From positions 31,036 through 95,035 of the forward strand of contig CAYGOC010000001.1 of the NCBI GenBank assembly GCA_964351495.1: 64,000 bases of DNA, given 5' to 3'. Below, piece after piece: positions 9,039-16,779 of the stretch. The position numbers and the translations under genes are program-made. The notes under the pieces were generated by a model, which was not told the DNA's origin, ran no database searches, and worked only from the letters and a program-made list of their open reading frames with translations. Each line of letters starts with the position of its first letter. The first letter of the stretch is position 1. The stretch is from an uncultured bacterium. Lineage in GTDB: Bacteria > Chlamydiota > Chlamydiia > Chlamydiales > SM23-39.

Positions 9039-9481
9039 CAACTGTCTATATCATATGGGAAGGAAAAGTTCTTCTTCATATTCATAAAAAGTTTCAAAAA
9101 TATCTTCCTCCGGGGGGACATCTAGAAGAAGGAGAAGAGCCTTCTGAGGCTGCTATAAGAGAAGTAAAAGAAGAAACAGATCTGGAAATCTCTTTTTCCC
9201 TACAAGAAAATGTCTGGTTAGAGGAAGAAAAAACCTGTAAAAGCTTGCCTAGGCCCTATGCCTGTCTTTTAGAGCATATCGATATACCTAAAACCAAACC
9301 TCATAAGCATATCGATTTTGTCTATCTGGCAGAGCCAAAAGATCCACAAAAGAAGCCTTTAGCTCCTTTTGTATGGCTTTCTTTAGAAGAGATCGAAGCT
9401 CTAGATCCTTCCCTATTTTTTCCGGATACTTTGAAGATTATGCGTCTTTTATTAGCGCCCACTTTACAAGAGGTGCTCTAA
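9020..9481 (+). CDS. Nudix hydrolase (start codon uncertain)
   Basis: A Nudix box is present: 'GGHLEEGEEPSEAAIREVKEETDLEI' (GX5EX7REUXEEXGU). The frame is open from 9017, after a TGA at 9014-9016. There is no ATG, GTG or TTG before the Nudix box, and the ORF-track start at 9245 lies after the box. Only CTG at 9020 is available. The gene overlaps the 3' end of the upstream gene. Confidence 0.6.
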   Translation: MEKEFVATVYIIWEGKVLLHIHKKFQKYLPPGGHLEEGEEPSEAAIREVKEETDLEISFSLQENVWLEEEKTCKSLPRPYACLLEHIDIPKTKPHKHIDFVYLAEPKDPQKKPLAPFVWLSLEEIEALDPSLFFPDTLKIMRLLLAPTLQEVL

Positions 9482-9505
9482 AAAAAGCTTTCCTCCTAGG
9501 AAAGC
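9481..9505 (-). terminator. Rho-independent terminator (minus-strand orientation)
   Basis: A 7-bp stem (GCTTTCC, 9487-9493, pairing with GGAAAGC, 9499-9505) encloses a 5-nt loop. On the minus strand the hairpin is followed by TTTTTT (9481-9486). It lies about 20 nt downstream of the small minus-strand ORF and directly after the Nudix stop codon. Confidence 0.5.
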
Positions 9506-9525
9506 CCTAAGAGGAAGACCTTTCT

Positions 9526-9663
9526 CTACCATCTTCTTTCGTGTCTTTCTTTATGATGGTCCGGACATTTTTTTGGATCATGACACTTTCTTCCATTCTC
9601 ATCACAAGAAGAAAAGTTCATTACAAAAACAACCGATAATATAAATAAGACTAACCTTTTCAT
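9526..9663 (-). CDS. Small (45-aa) putative lipoprotein or secreted Cys/His-rich peptide
   Basis: This ORF is below the ORF-track size cut-off. Translation: MKRLVLFILSVVFVMNFSSCDENGRKCHDPKKCPDHHKERHERRW. It has a signal peptide with a lipobox-like 'FSSC', a purine-rich RBS (GGGGGGAGAT) before the ATG, and a terminator hairpin downstream. Confidence 0.4.
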   Translation of the reverse strand: MKRLVLFILSVVFVMNFSSCDENGRKCHDPKKCPDHHKERHERRW

Positions 9664-9728
9664 ATCTCCCCCCTAAAACAGGCTTTAAACTAACATCTAA
9701 TAAGATTGTTTTTTTTAAACAAGGATTT

Positions 9729-10826
9729 TTAAATAAAAAGACTATTTTTTTTGTTTTTTAATATAAAAGAATACCAAGAAGAAAAAGATTTAAATAAATC
9801 TTCTCCTGTTAGATCTTTTAAACATCTTCCCGTACTACAAGATCGTAAAAAGGGACACTGCTTTATAAACTCTATCTTATAAGGACATTTGCCTTGTATG
9901 GCCTCATCTTCTTTTCTCATAGGAGAAAAGACATTTTTAGAGGTGGGGCCGAAAAAGCTAAAAGAGGGAGTAGAGGTTAAAAAAGTGAGATGTAACAAAC
10001 TGGAATCAGAGGCTATTACCCCGTCGCACCTTTCTATGATAGCCTTTAAAGAGAAAAAGGGGCTTTTCTCTATAACAAGGCTCGACTTTGGAAAGGCTTT
10101 TTGCAAAAGCCTCGTTTTTTCTTCTTCTTTAGGATCTCCCCAGACAAACAAAAAAAAGGGGGAATAGGCTTTCTCAATTTTTTGCAGCCAATTTTTCAAA
10201 AAAGAAAAAGAGAGTTCTTTGTTTTCCCACTTAGACCAGGGAGCCACAAAAAGGATCCTTTTTTCTTTGGGCAGCTTTTGAATCAGAGTAGTTGCAAAGA
10301 GCTTTTCTTCTTCTTTTTCTATAAAAGAGCATAAAACCTCGTGTAAAGGGGGGCTATTTTCTTGAAAAAAAGAAGCTATCAGATGTAGGTACTGATCCCG
10401 AATGTTCTTTTCTAAAGAAACCTCAAAGCGGGTATTGGTAGCTAAAATGTTCGGAAATTCTTTTACAGAAGCCTTGGAAAACCCCACCTTATAGGTGCTT
10501 TTTGCTAGAAAAGTAACTAGGGCAGACTTTGTATTACCTTGCAAGTCAAATAAGAGATCATACGCTCTCTTTCGAATATTTCTATAAGAAACCCGTTTTT
10601 TTTTTCGGTCTATGGAAACTGCCTCTTCTATAAGAGGATGATTTTCTACCAAATGCTTTAATTTCTCTTCCACAGCCCAGTATATTTTTGCTTTTGGGAG
10701 TTTTTTTTTCAAAAAGGGGAGAATACAGAAGGCCTGCAAAATATCTCCTATAGAGGAAGTTTTTACAATTAAGATGTTCTCTACAGCTTCGATTTTGGGC
10801 TTTTTAAAAAAAGAAAATCTCTTCAT
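9729..10826 (-). CDS. Glycosyltransferase family 9 (LPS heptosyltransferase-like)
   Basis: 365 aa. The N-terminal 'ILIVKTSSIGDILQAFCILPFLKKKLP' matches the GT9 signature (compare RfaC/RfaF 'ILVIRLSSLGDVV'). The C-terminal 'DGVIASDSSLLHL' resembles the GT9 'vi.nDSGpmHlA' motif. Confidence 0.78.
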   Translation of the reverse strand: MKRFSFFKKPKIEAVENILIVKTSSIGDILQAFCILPFLKKKLPKAKIYWAVEEKLKHLVENHPLIEEAVSIDRKKKRVSYRNIRKRAYDLLFDLQGNTKSALVTFLAKSTYKVGFSKASVKEFPNILATNTRFEVSLEKNIRDQYLHLIASFFQENSPPLHEVLCSFIEKEEEKLFATTLIQKLPKEKRILFVAPWSKWENKELSFSFLKNWLQKIEKAYSPFFLFVWGDPKEEEKTRLLQKAFPKSSLVIEKSPFFSLKAIIERCDGVIASDSSLLHLTFLTSTPSFSFFGPTSKNVFSPMRKEDEAIQGKCPYKIEFIKQCPFLRSCSTGRCLKDLTGEDLFKSFSSWYSFILKNKKNSLFI

Positions 10827-10859
10827 AAGAGGGATAAACCGCGGTTACAGGAGTGTAAT

Positions 10860-12131
10860 TTGAAAAAACATCCAAAAGAGCTTCTCATTTTAGCCTCTGC
10901 TGAACTTTGCGAAAGATTTGTTTTTTGGGGAATAGGAAACCTTCTTGTTCTTTATTTGATCCAAACCCACAACTACCCTATGGAAAGGGCCTCTCAAACG
11001 TATGGCCTCTTTGCCGGATTTGCCGCTTTTTTACCACTTTTAGGAGGGTTTATTGCGGATAGATGGAATTACCACACCCCCCTTCTTTTGGGAGCTTTGG
11101 CCAATGTAATAGGAGCCTTTTTAATCTCTCTTTCTATTCCTTTTTTATTAAAAATCGCTTTAGCCATTATAGCTTTAGGCTACGGCATCTTCACCCCTTC
11201 AATTTTGACACTTTTAAGCTTTGCTTACAAGGATCGTTCTCATTTAAGAGAAGCCGGTTTTTCTTTTTACTATTCCTCCATAAATATAGGGGTTTTTTTA
11301 GCGATGATCTCTTTGGGGTGGATTGTACAGGTTTTTGGATGGAACTTTGCCTTCTTATTTGCTTCTTTTGTTCAAGTTTTGGGGGTAATTCCGATTTGGG
11401 TATATTTAAGAAATCACCACAAAAAATATCGCCACATGCATCCTTCGATCGCTTTGTCTAAAAAGGATCCTACTCCCTTGCAGAAAAAAGAGAAAAAACG
11501 AGTCTTTGTTATTTTAATCTTGACCCTAGCCTCTTTTTTCTTTTGGATGCCTTACGCTCAGGGTTTCTCTTCTATGTCTGTTTTTATTTTAGATTGCGTA
11601 GACAAAAGCATACATAACTTTGCAGTTCCCACTCCTTGGGTTCTCTCTTCAGAAAGCTTCTTTTTAATTATACTAGCACCTCTTCTAGCAGTTTTTTATA
11701 CCTTTTTACAAAAATACAAAAAAGACCCCAGTCCCATTACCAAGACCGCTTTAGGTCTTTTATTTGTCTCTTTTTGTTTTTTAATTATAGTGGTAGCTTC
11801 TTCTCTCTTTCCTTATTGTAAAGAATCGGTGCCCCTGTTTTTCCCTATTCTAGCCTATTTTTTCATGGCACTCGGAGAAATGTTTCTAGCTCCTATTGGC
11901 CTTTCTTTTGTATCTAAGTACTCCCCGCAAAAGTATACCGCCTTTTTGGTGGGCGCCTGGTATGTGTGTGTGGGACTGGCTATTTATATTGGAGGAAGTT
12001 TAGCGGGACTTTTTGAGACGATGCAAAAATCTTCTTTCTTTTTCCTCTTTGTGCTGATCCCTTTTATTCCTTCTTTAGTACTTCTTTGTTTCACGAAAAA
12101 ATTGAAAAAGATTGCCCACTTAGATCCTTAG
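10860..12131 (+). CDS. POT/PTR2-family proton-dependent oligopeptide transporter
   Basis: 423 aa and multi-TM. The PTR2 signature region reads 'ELCERFVFWGIGNLLVLYL...GLFAGFAAFLPLLGGFIADRW'. The start is a TTG. Confidence 0.8.
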   Translation: MKKHPKELLILASAELCERFVFWGIGNLLVLYLIQTHNYPMERASQTYGLFAGFAAFLPLLGGFIADRWNYHTPLLLGALANVIGAFLISLSIPFLLKIALAIIALGYGIFTPSILTLLSFAYKDRSHLREAGFSFYYSSINIGVFLAMISLGWIVQVFGWNFAFLFASFVQVLGVIPIWVYLRNHHKKYRHMHPSIALSKKDPTPLQKKEKKRVFVILILTLASFFFWMPYAQGFSSMSVFILDCVDKSIHNFAVPTPWVLSSESFFLIILAPLLAVFYTFLQKYKKDPSPITKTALGLLFVSFCFLIIVVASSLFPYCKESVPLFFPILAYFFMALGEMFLAPIGLSFVSKYSPQKYTAFLVGAWYVCVGLAIYIGGSLAGLFETMQKSSFFFLFVLIPFIPSLVLLCFTKKLKKIAHLDP

Positions 12132-12996
12132 TGGAAATCTCGAAAAAGTTAAGAGCTTCTAGAAAGTCTTGCGGAACAGACGAAACTAAAAAGATTTTTT
12201 CTTTGGAAAGCGGATGAAAAAAACAAATTTTCCATGCATGCAAAAGCGTTCTTTTAGAAAAAAAAGAAAAACCCTCTCTTTTTCCATACTGACAGTCTCC
12301 TATTATTGGGTGTCCTATTTCACTTAAGTGAGCTCTTATTTGATGGGTCTTCCCCGTTTTAGGAGCTACTTCTAAAAGAGAGACTCCTCTTTTTTTTTGC
12401 ATGGTTCGAAAAAGTGTAGTAGCAACAGTTCCCCTTGTAGAAGAGGTCCCCCATAAAGAGTTTCCATGAAACTGCCTTTTTTTGGCATAAAGCCCCTCTA
12501 TCTTTCCCTTTTTAAGAGACACCTCTCCTTGTACTAAGGCAAGATACCGTTTTTCTACCTTTTTTTGATAAAACTGTGCAGCAAGCTCTTTTCTAGCTAA
12601 AGGAGTTTTGGCAATTAATAAAACCCCGGAAGTTTCCTTATCTAGCCTATGCACTAAAAATCCTTTTTGGAGCCCAAAAGAAGAAAGAGAGGAAAGAAGG
12701 CCCGCCTCTTTTTCTATACAAAGAAGCTCTGTATCCTCAAAAAGAATAGAGAAAGAGGGTTTTTTTGCCTTTTCTAAAGAAAATACAATCGTGTCTTGTT
12801 CTTGTACTTTTCTAGAAGGAAATCTTTCTACTTCTCCATTGACAAAACACCCCTTTTCTTCGATTCTTTTTCGGATAAAACGGGTGGGATAGGTGTTTTT
12901 TAGCCTTTTTGCTAAAAATTGATCGAGTCTCCTGTTTTTCTCTTCTAAAGAGACCACAAAAGAAATCTCTTTAGAAGAGGCCATTTTTTTAAGCAA
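12091..12996 (-). CDS. RluA-family 23S rRNA pseudouridine synthase (RluD/RluC-like, with an S4 domain)
   Basis: S4-like N-terminus ('RLDQFLAKRL'), catalytic motif 'HRLDKETSGVLLIAK', and the conserved 'GKTHQIRAHLSEIGHPIIGDCQYG'. The 3' end overlaps the convergent POT gene by 41 nt. Confidence 0.88.
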   Translation of the reverse strand: MLKKMASSKEISFVVSLEEKNRRLDQFLAKRLKNTYPTRFIRKRIEEKGCFVNGEVERFPSRKVQEQDTIVFSLEKAKKPSFSILFEDTELLCIEKEAGLLSSLSSFGLQKGFLVHRLDKETSGVLLIAKTPLARKELAAQFYQKKVEKRYLALVQGEVSLKKGKIEGLYAKKRQFHGNSLWGTSSTRGTVATTLFRTMQKKRGVSLLEVAPKTGKTHQIRAHLSEIGHPIIGDCQYGKREGFSFFSKRTLLHAWKICFFHPLSKEKIFLVSSVPQDFLEALNFFEISTKDLSGQSFSIFS

Positions 12997-14452
12997 AAAA
13001 GTGGGTTACAAACTCTACAAGAAGACGGACGGGCATCCCTGTTGCTTGAGAAGGATGATATCCTACAGCCTTTTGGAAAAAGGCCGTTCCGGCAATATCT
13101 AAATGAAGAAAGGGGATCTTTTCTGAGACAAAATCATGTAAAAAAAGAGCCGCCTGAATAGAAGAGGCTTCTCTTCCTGCTGAGTTTTTAATATCGGCTA
13201 CATCAGACTTTAACATTTTTTTGTACGGGATATAAAAAGGCAGAGGCCAAGCAAGCTCTCCTGTTTTTTTAGCCGCTTCTTCTACAAGATGGGTTGTTTT
13301 ATCACAAGTAGAGAAAAACCCGGTAAGTTCTTCTCCTAAAGCAACCACAACGCCTCCTGTTAAAGTAGCCACCGTGATCAAAGCATCAGGCTGAAACTTC
13401 TCTAAGGTGTAGCTGATAGCATCTGCTAAAGCAAGCCTTCCTTCCGCATCTGTATTGGTAATCTCTACGGTCTTTTTACTATAAGAGGTGTAAACATCCC
13501 CTATCTTATAGGACTTGCCATCGATAGCATTTTCTGCGGTAGGAATAGCAGCTACTATATTTACGGGAAGATCTAAAAGAGCACAAGCTGCTACAACCCC
13601 TAAAACAGCTCCGGCTCCCCCCATATCTTGTCGCATATCAATCATGCTGGGAGTAGGTTTTAAAGAAAGTCCTCCCGTATCGTAGGTAATTCCCTTTCCT
13701 ATCAACGCTATCTTCTTTTTTTTCTTAGGGTCTCCTTTGTAATTTATCAGTATCAGCTTCGGCTCTTCTTCAGAACCTCTTCCAACTGCCAGTAAGAGTC
13801 CCATTTTTTCTTGTTCTAGCTCTTTTTTATCTAAGATTTGCACCTTAATTTTTTTGTGCTTTTTAGCAAGGTCCAAAGCAGTCTCGGCTAGTTTTGCCGG
13901 AGTTATCTCATCGGCATTTCTATTTACTAAATCTCTAGTTAAACAAAGTGCTTCAAAGAGTTTTTCTGTTTTTTCTAAAAGAGAGGAAGCTTTTATAGAG
14001 CTTACAAAACAGATCTCCTCTAAAAGAGTCCCTTCAAACTTTTTATAGTCTTGAAAATGGTAGTTGGCATACACAGCCCCTTCTACACATACCTCTAAAA
14101 TCTCCTTTTCTAAAAAGGGAAGAGTTGTAGGAAGGCAAAAAACAGCAGAGGCTAGCTTTTTTCCATGAATTTTGCGGACGCTTTCTCCCACAATTCTTCG
14201 AAAAGACTCTAAGTCTAGTTTCTCTTTACTTCCCAGACCCACCAGTAAGACCCTCTTTTCTTTTTTACTTTTGGGGTAGAAAAAAAGAGACTCTCCCTTT
14301 TTTCCGGAGAAATCTTGCAGCTTATAAATAACCTCTATCTCCTCTTTTAAAGAGGCCTCTTGAAAGAAGGGCTTCTCCCCTTCCGGGAGAAGCACCACTA
14401 AGACGTCTGAGGAAGGTCTTTTTGCAAATTGTGAAACAGTAGAAAGCTTCAT
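12989..14452 (-). CDS. pepA: Leucyl aminopeptidase (M17 family)
   Basis: 487 aa. M17 motifs are 'GKGITYDTGGLSLKP', 'MRQDMGGAGAV', 'NTDAEGRLALAD' and 'LHLDIAGTA'. Confidence 0.92.
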   Translation of the reverse strand: MKLSTVSQFAKRPSSDVLVVLLPEGEKPFFQEASLKEEIEVIYKLQDFSGKKGESLFFYPKSKKEKRVLLVGLGSKEKLDLESFRRIVGESVRKIHGKKLASAVFCLPTTLPFLEKEILEVCVEGAVYANYHFQDYKKFEGTLLEEICFVSSIKASSLLEKTEKLFEALCLTRDLVNRNADEITPAKLAETALDLAKKHKKIKVQILDKKELEQEKMGLLLAVGRGSEEEPKLILINYKGDPKKKKKIALIGKGITYDTGGLSLKPTPSMIDMRQDMGGAGAVLGVVAACALLDLPVNIVAAIPTAENAIDGKSYKIGDVYTSYSKKTVEITNTDAEGRLALADAISYTLEKFQPDALITVATLTGGVVVALGEELTGFFSTCDKTTHLVEEAAKKTGELAWPLPFYIPYKKMLKSDVADIKNSAGREASSIQAALFLHDFVSEKIPFLHLDIAGTAFFQKAVGYHPSQATGMPVRLLVEFVTHFFA

Positions 14453-14453
14453 A

Positions 14454-14873
14454 TTAAAAAGGAACCTCTTCTTCTATATTAAACGAGTTTTGCTCTGAGG
14501 ACTCTTCCTTGGAAGAAAAGTCTTTTTCAGTCCCCCTATCAGCAGAAGATCCTTTTTCTCCCTTACCAAATGGACTGAACTCTAAGTGAGTTGCTGTGAT
14601 TTCTAAAGAAATTTGGGGTTTTCCTTCCCTGTCGTTAAAAATCTCCGGCTTTTGCATCTCTCCGTGAACGATAACCGGGCTTCCCTTTTTTAAATAGGGA
14701 ATCATTTTTTCAAACTGATCTCCCCAGATCGTAACACGCCACCAAAGGGTAAGGTCTTTCCCCCCTTTTCTTGTGTTTACCGCTACTCTAAAAACGGTGA
14801 CTTTTTTCCCAGAAGAGGTAAAACGAACTTCAGGATCGGATCCTAAATGTCCTGCTATGTGTAGGAAATTCAT
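14454..14873 (-). CDS. ssb: Single-stranded DNA-binding protein
   Basis: 139 aa. The N-terminus is an OB fold ('MNFLHIAGHLGSDPEVRFTSSGKKVTVFRVAVN...WWRVTIWG'). The linker is disordered and acidic, and the C-terminal tip '...EEEVPF' is analogous to the DDDIPF tip of other SSBs. Confidence 0.9.
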   Translation of the reverse strand: MNFLHIAGHLGSDPEVRFTSSGKKVTVFRVAVNTRKGGKDLTLWWRVTIWGDQFEKMIPYLKKGSPVIVHGEMQKPEIFNDREGKPQISLEITATHLEFSPFGKGEKGSSADRGTEKDFSSKEESSEQNSFNIEEEVPF

Positions 14874-15060
14874 ACTAAGGCCTCCTTGTAAAAGATCCTC
14901 ATTATCAACTGAGATTTGTTATACAATCAAGGAAAAATCTGGTTCAAAATAGCTATCTACCCATCCCTCCCCCTTTCTTATATAGGAAGCAAAAGAATTT
15001 CTTTAAAAAAAAGAACCCTTAAAAACTTAAAGCAAGCCCCTTTAAAAGGGACCTATATCG

Positions 15061-15150
15061 AGTAAAATATTAAAACAAATATTTTAATATATAATTTAAA
15101 TTAAATATTATTTAAACTTATTAATTTAATACTTAATAAAATATTATTGT
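15061..15150. other. Near-pure A/T block of about 90 bp (candidate UP element, curved DNA or nucleoid-protein binding region)
   Basis: This region has almost no G or C and contains four copies of AAATATT (15065, 15077, 15103, 15138). It sits in the 321-nt divergent intergenic region between ssb and the EEP-domain gene. Confidence 0.6.
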
Positions 15151-15162
15151 TTATCGTATAAT
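15133..15162 (+). promoter_or_regulatory. Sigma-70-like promoter candidate for the EEP-domain gene
   Basis: A perfect -10 TATAAT lies at 15157-15162, and a weak -35 TTAATA at 15133-15138 (18-nt spacer). AGGAG (15186-15190) lies 4 nt upstream of the ATG at 15195. Confidence 0.35.
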
Positions 15163-15194
15163 ACTCCTGTTTTGCCTATAAAATTAGGAGAGTT

Positions 15195-16694
15195 ATGATA
15201 GATGCTTTTTTTGACCCTATTAGAAAGCCTCATTTTCACCGTGATTTTGAAAATGATGTTCCCCAAAAAGAAGGCCTTCTTAATGAAGCCTTATCCGCTT
15301 CTTTACCCATTTTCAGTCTATACAGACCATTTGGTAGAGCCCTATCTATAGGAGCTAATGCTTCAAGATTATTTTTTACAGCAAAAGAATGGGATCGATC
15401 TGTAGAAAAAATGGGTAATTTAGCCCTTTCTATAGCTGCATTAGCAGGAGGAATCTTTCATAACAACACAGCAATGATGATCACTACCTCTCACGATATT
15501 CTTCTGAATCTTAAAGCGCTAAAAAACTCAGAAGACAAACTCTTAGAAGGAACAAAACTACTAAACAACATAGCTTATATCACCCTTATATTTTACGGAT
15601 CACTAGAGCTACAAATCCTATCTCTTGCCACCCAAATTCTGACCAATTTAGCCTCTTCTTGTACCAACTATAAAAAAGGTAGATACCTCGAATCAGGAAG
15701 CGAGCTTTTCATGGCAGCTATTCGAACAAAACAAATGCACGGTTATCTAGAGCTACTCAATCGAAGACGAAAAATAGAAGAAGCAATTCGAAATGTACTT
15801 GTTGGTAAAATGAGTGAAAAGTGGCAATTTCCCTCCGACCATTTACCTATTGGAGTAGAAATAGATGGGGAGTTTGAGGTGATTTCATGGAACGTTATGA
15901 ATAATTGTTTCATGCCTTGGGTCAAAAAGGAAGATTCACAAGGATTAAATGGTTCTTTACTAACAGAGCTCGATATCGTAGTTGATGAAAGTGGACTTAC
16001 GAAAAGAGATCTGCTTGTAGTAGATATGCTTAAAACCATGCTGAAAAAGCCCAGTTCCGGTTTAATCTCCCTACAAGAATGCGGAGAGCCTTTTTTACAA
16101 GCTCTTCAAGAAGCTTTGCCCCAAAACTGGCATATAGCAAGATCTTTTGAGAGCCCTGTAAAAGACCAGGAAGTGGTTCTTTACAATGACTCTTATGTCT
16201 TATTTGAAAAAAACCTCTCAGAAACTCCTTTGGATGCCTATCCCTCTCTTTTAGGAAGACAGCTTTCTCAGGCGGTATTTAGAAAATTACAAGATGGAAA
16301 ACTTATAAGACTTTTTAATGCCCATATTCCGGGAAGTCCCGATATTCCGGGGCCAGAGGAATTTGCTAATTACATTAAGAGATTCTTTTCTAAAAAAGAC
16401 ATTCTAATTGCAGTGGGAGATTGTAATTTTGAAAGAGAGCGCATGATAGAAGCTTTTGAAAAAGCAGGTCTTCTAGATGAAAGGTACCCGGAAGAGGTTT
16501 TACACAGTCCTTGGCGCACGAATATTCATCCTATTAAGTCTAGCCCCGATTTTTCTCCCGGACCTGGAGGCTATAGCAAGGGGATCGACCATGCTCTTAT
16601 ATTACATGCCAAATCTAGAACGCTTAAAATAGAAGAAGTTTTAGATGACGATCGATTTATAAAAACGATTGAAAGCCTATCGGGAAAAAGCTAG
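15195..16694 (+). CDS. Endonuclease/exonuclease/phosphatase (EEP)-domain protein with a hydrophobic or helical N-terminal module of about 200 aa
   Basis: 499 aa. EEP motifs occur in canonical order: 'ISWNVMN', 'ISLQECGE', 'RLFNAHIPG', 'IAVGDCNFE' and 'GIDHALIL'. The N-terminal part has hydrophobic segments ('MGNLALSIAALAGGIF', 'IAYITLIFYGSLELQILSLATQILTNLA'). Confidence 0.7.
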   Translation: MIDAFFDPIRKPHFHRDFENDVPQKEGLLNEALSASLPIFSLYRPFGRALSIGANASRLFFTAKEWDRSVEKMGNLALSIAALAGGIFHNNTAMMITTSHDILLNLKALKNSEDKLLEGTKLLNNIAYITLIFYGSLELQILSLATQILTNLASSCTNYKKGRYLESGSELFMAAIRTKQMHGYLELLNRRRKIEEAIRNVLVGKMSEKWQFPSDHLPIGVEIDGEFEVISWNVMNNCFMPWVKKEDSQGLNGSLLTELDIVVDESGLTKRDLLVVDMLKTMLKKPSSGLISLQECGEPFLQALQEALPQNWHIARSFESPVKDQEVVLYNDSYVLFEKNLSETPLDAYPSLLGRQLSQAVFRKLQDGKLIRLFNAHIPGSPDIPGPEEFANYIKRFFSKKDILIAVGDCNFERERMIEAFEKAGLLDERYPEEVLHSPWRTNIHPIKSSPDFSPGPGGYSKGIDHALILHAKSRTLKIEEVLDDDRFIKTIESLSGKS

Positions 16695-16779
16695 CCCTGA
16701 AGCATATAGAAATAGAAAATATACCTTAAACTAACAAAAAAGCTAAAAAAATATCCTCCAATCTTCTATAGCAAGAAGT

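Noticed and set aside
9889-10334. Plus-strand ORFs of 92 and 77 aa within the GT9 gene
   Set aside because: They are antisense to a gene with clear GT9 motifs. Their translations are low-complexity (poly-F/K).
11063-11821. Alternative-frame ORFs (132 aa and 61 aa) inside the POT transporter gene
   Set aside because: They lie on the same strand but out of frame with a well-supported PTR2-family ORF. Their low-complexity F/S/L-rich translations are typical of frame artefacts.
14938-14955. A tRNA-like T-loop fragment 'GGTTCAAAATAGC'
   Set aside because: No acceptor, D-arm or anticodon-arm pairing can be drawn around it, so it is not a tRNA. No tRNA genes were seen in any intergenic gap.
14874-15194. 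A replication origin (A/T-rich DUE next to ssb)
   Set aside because: I found only degenerate DnaA-box-like 9-mers with two mismatches each (TTATCAACT, TTATACAAT). There is no cluster of consensus boxes and no dnaA or dnaN nearby.
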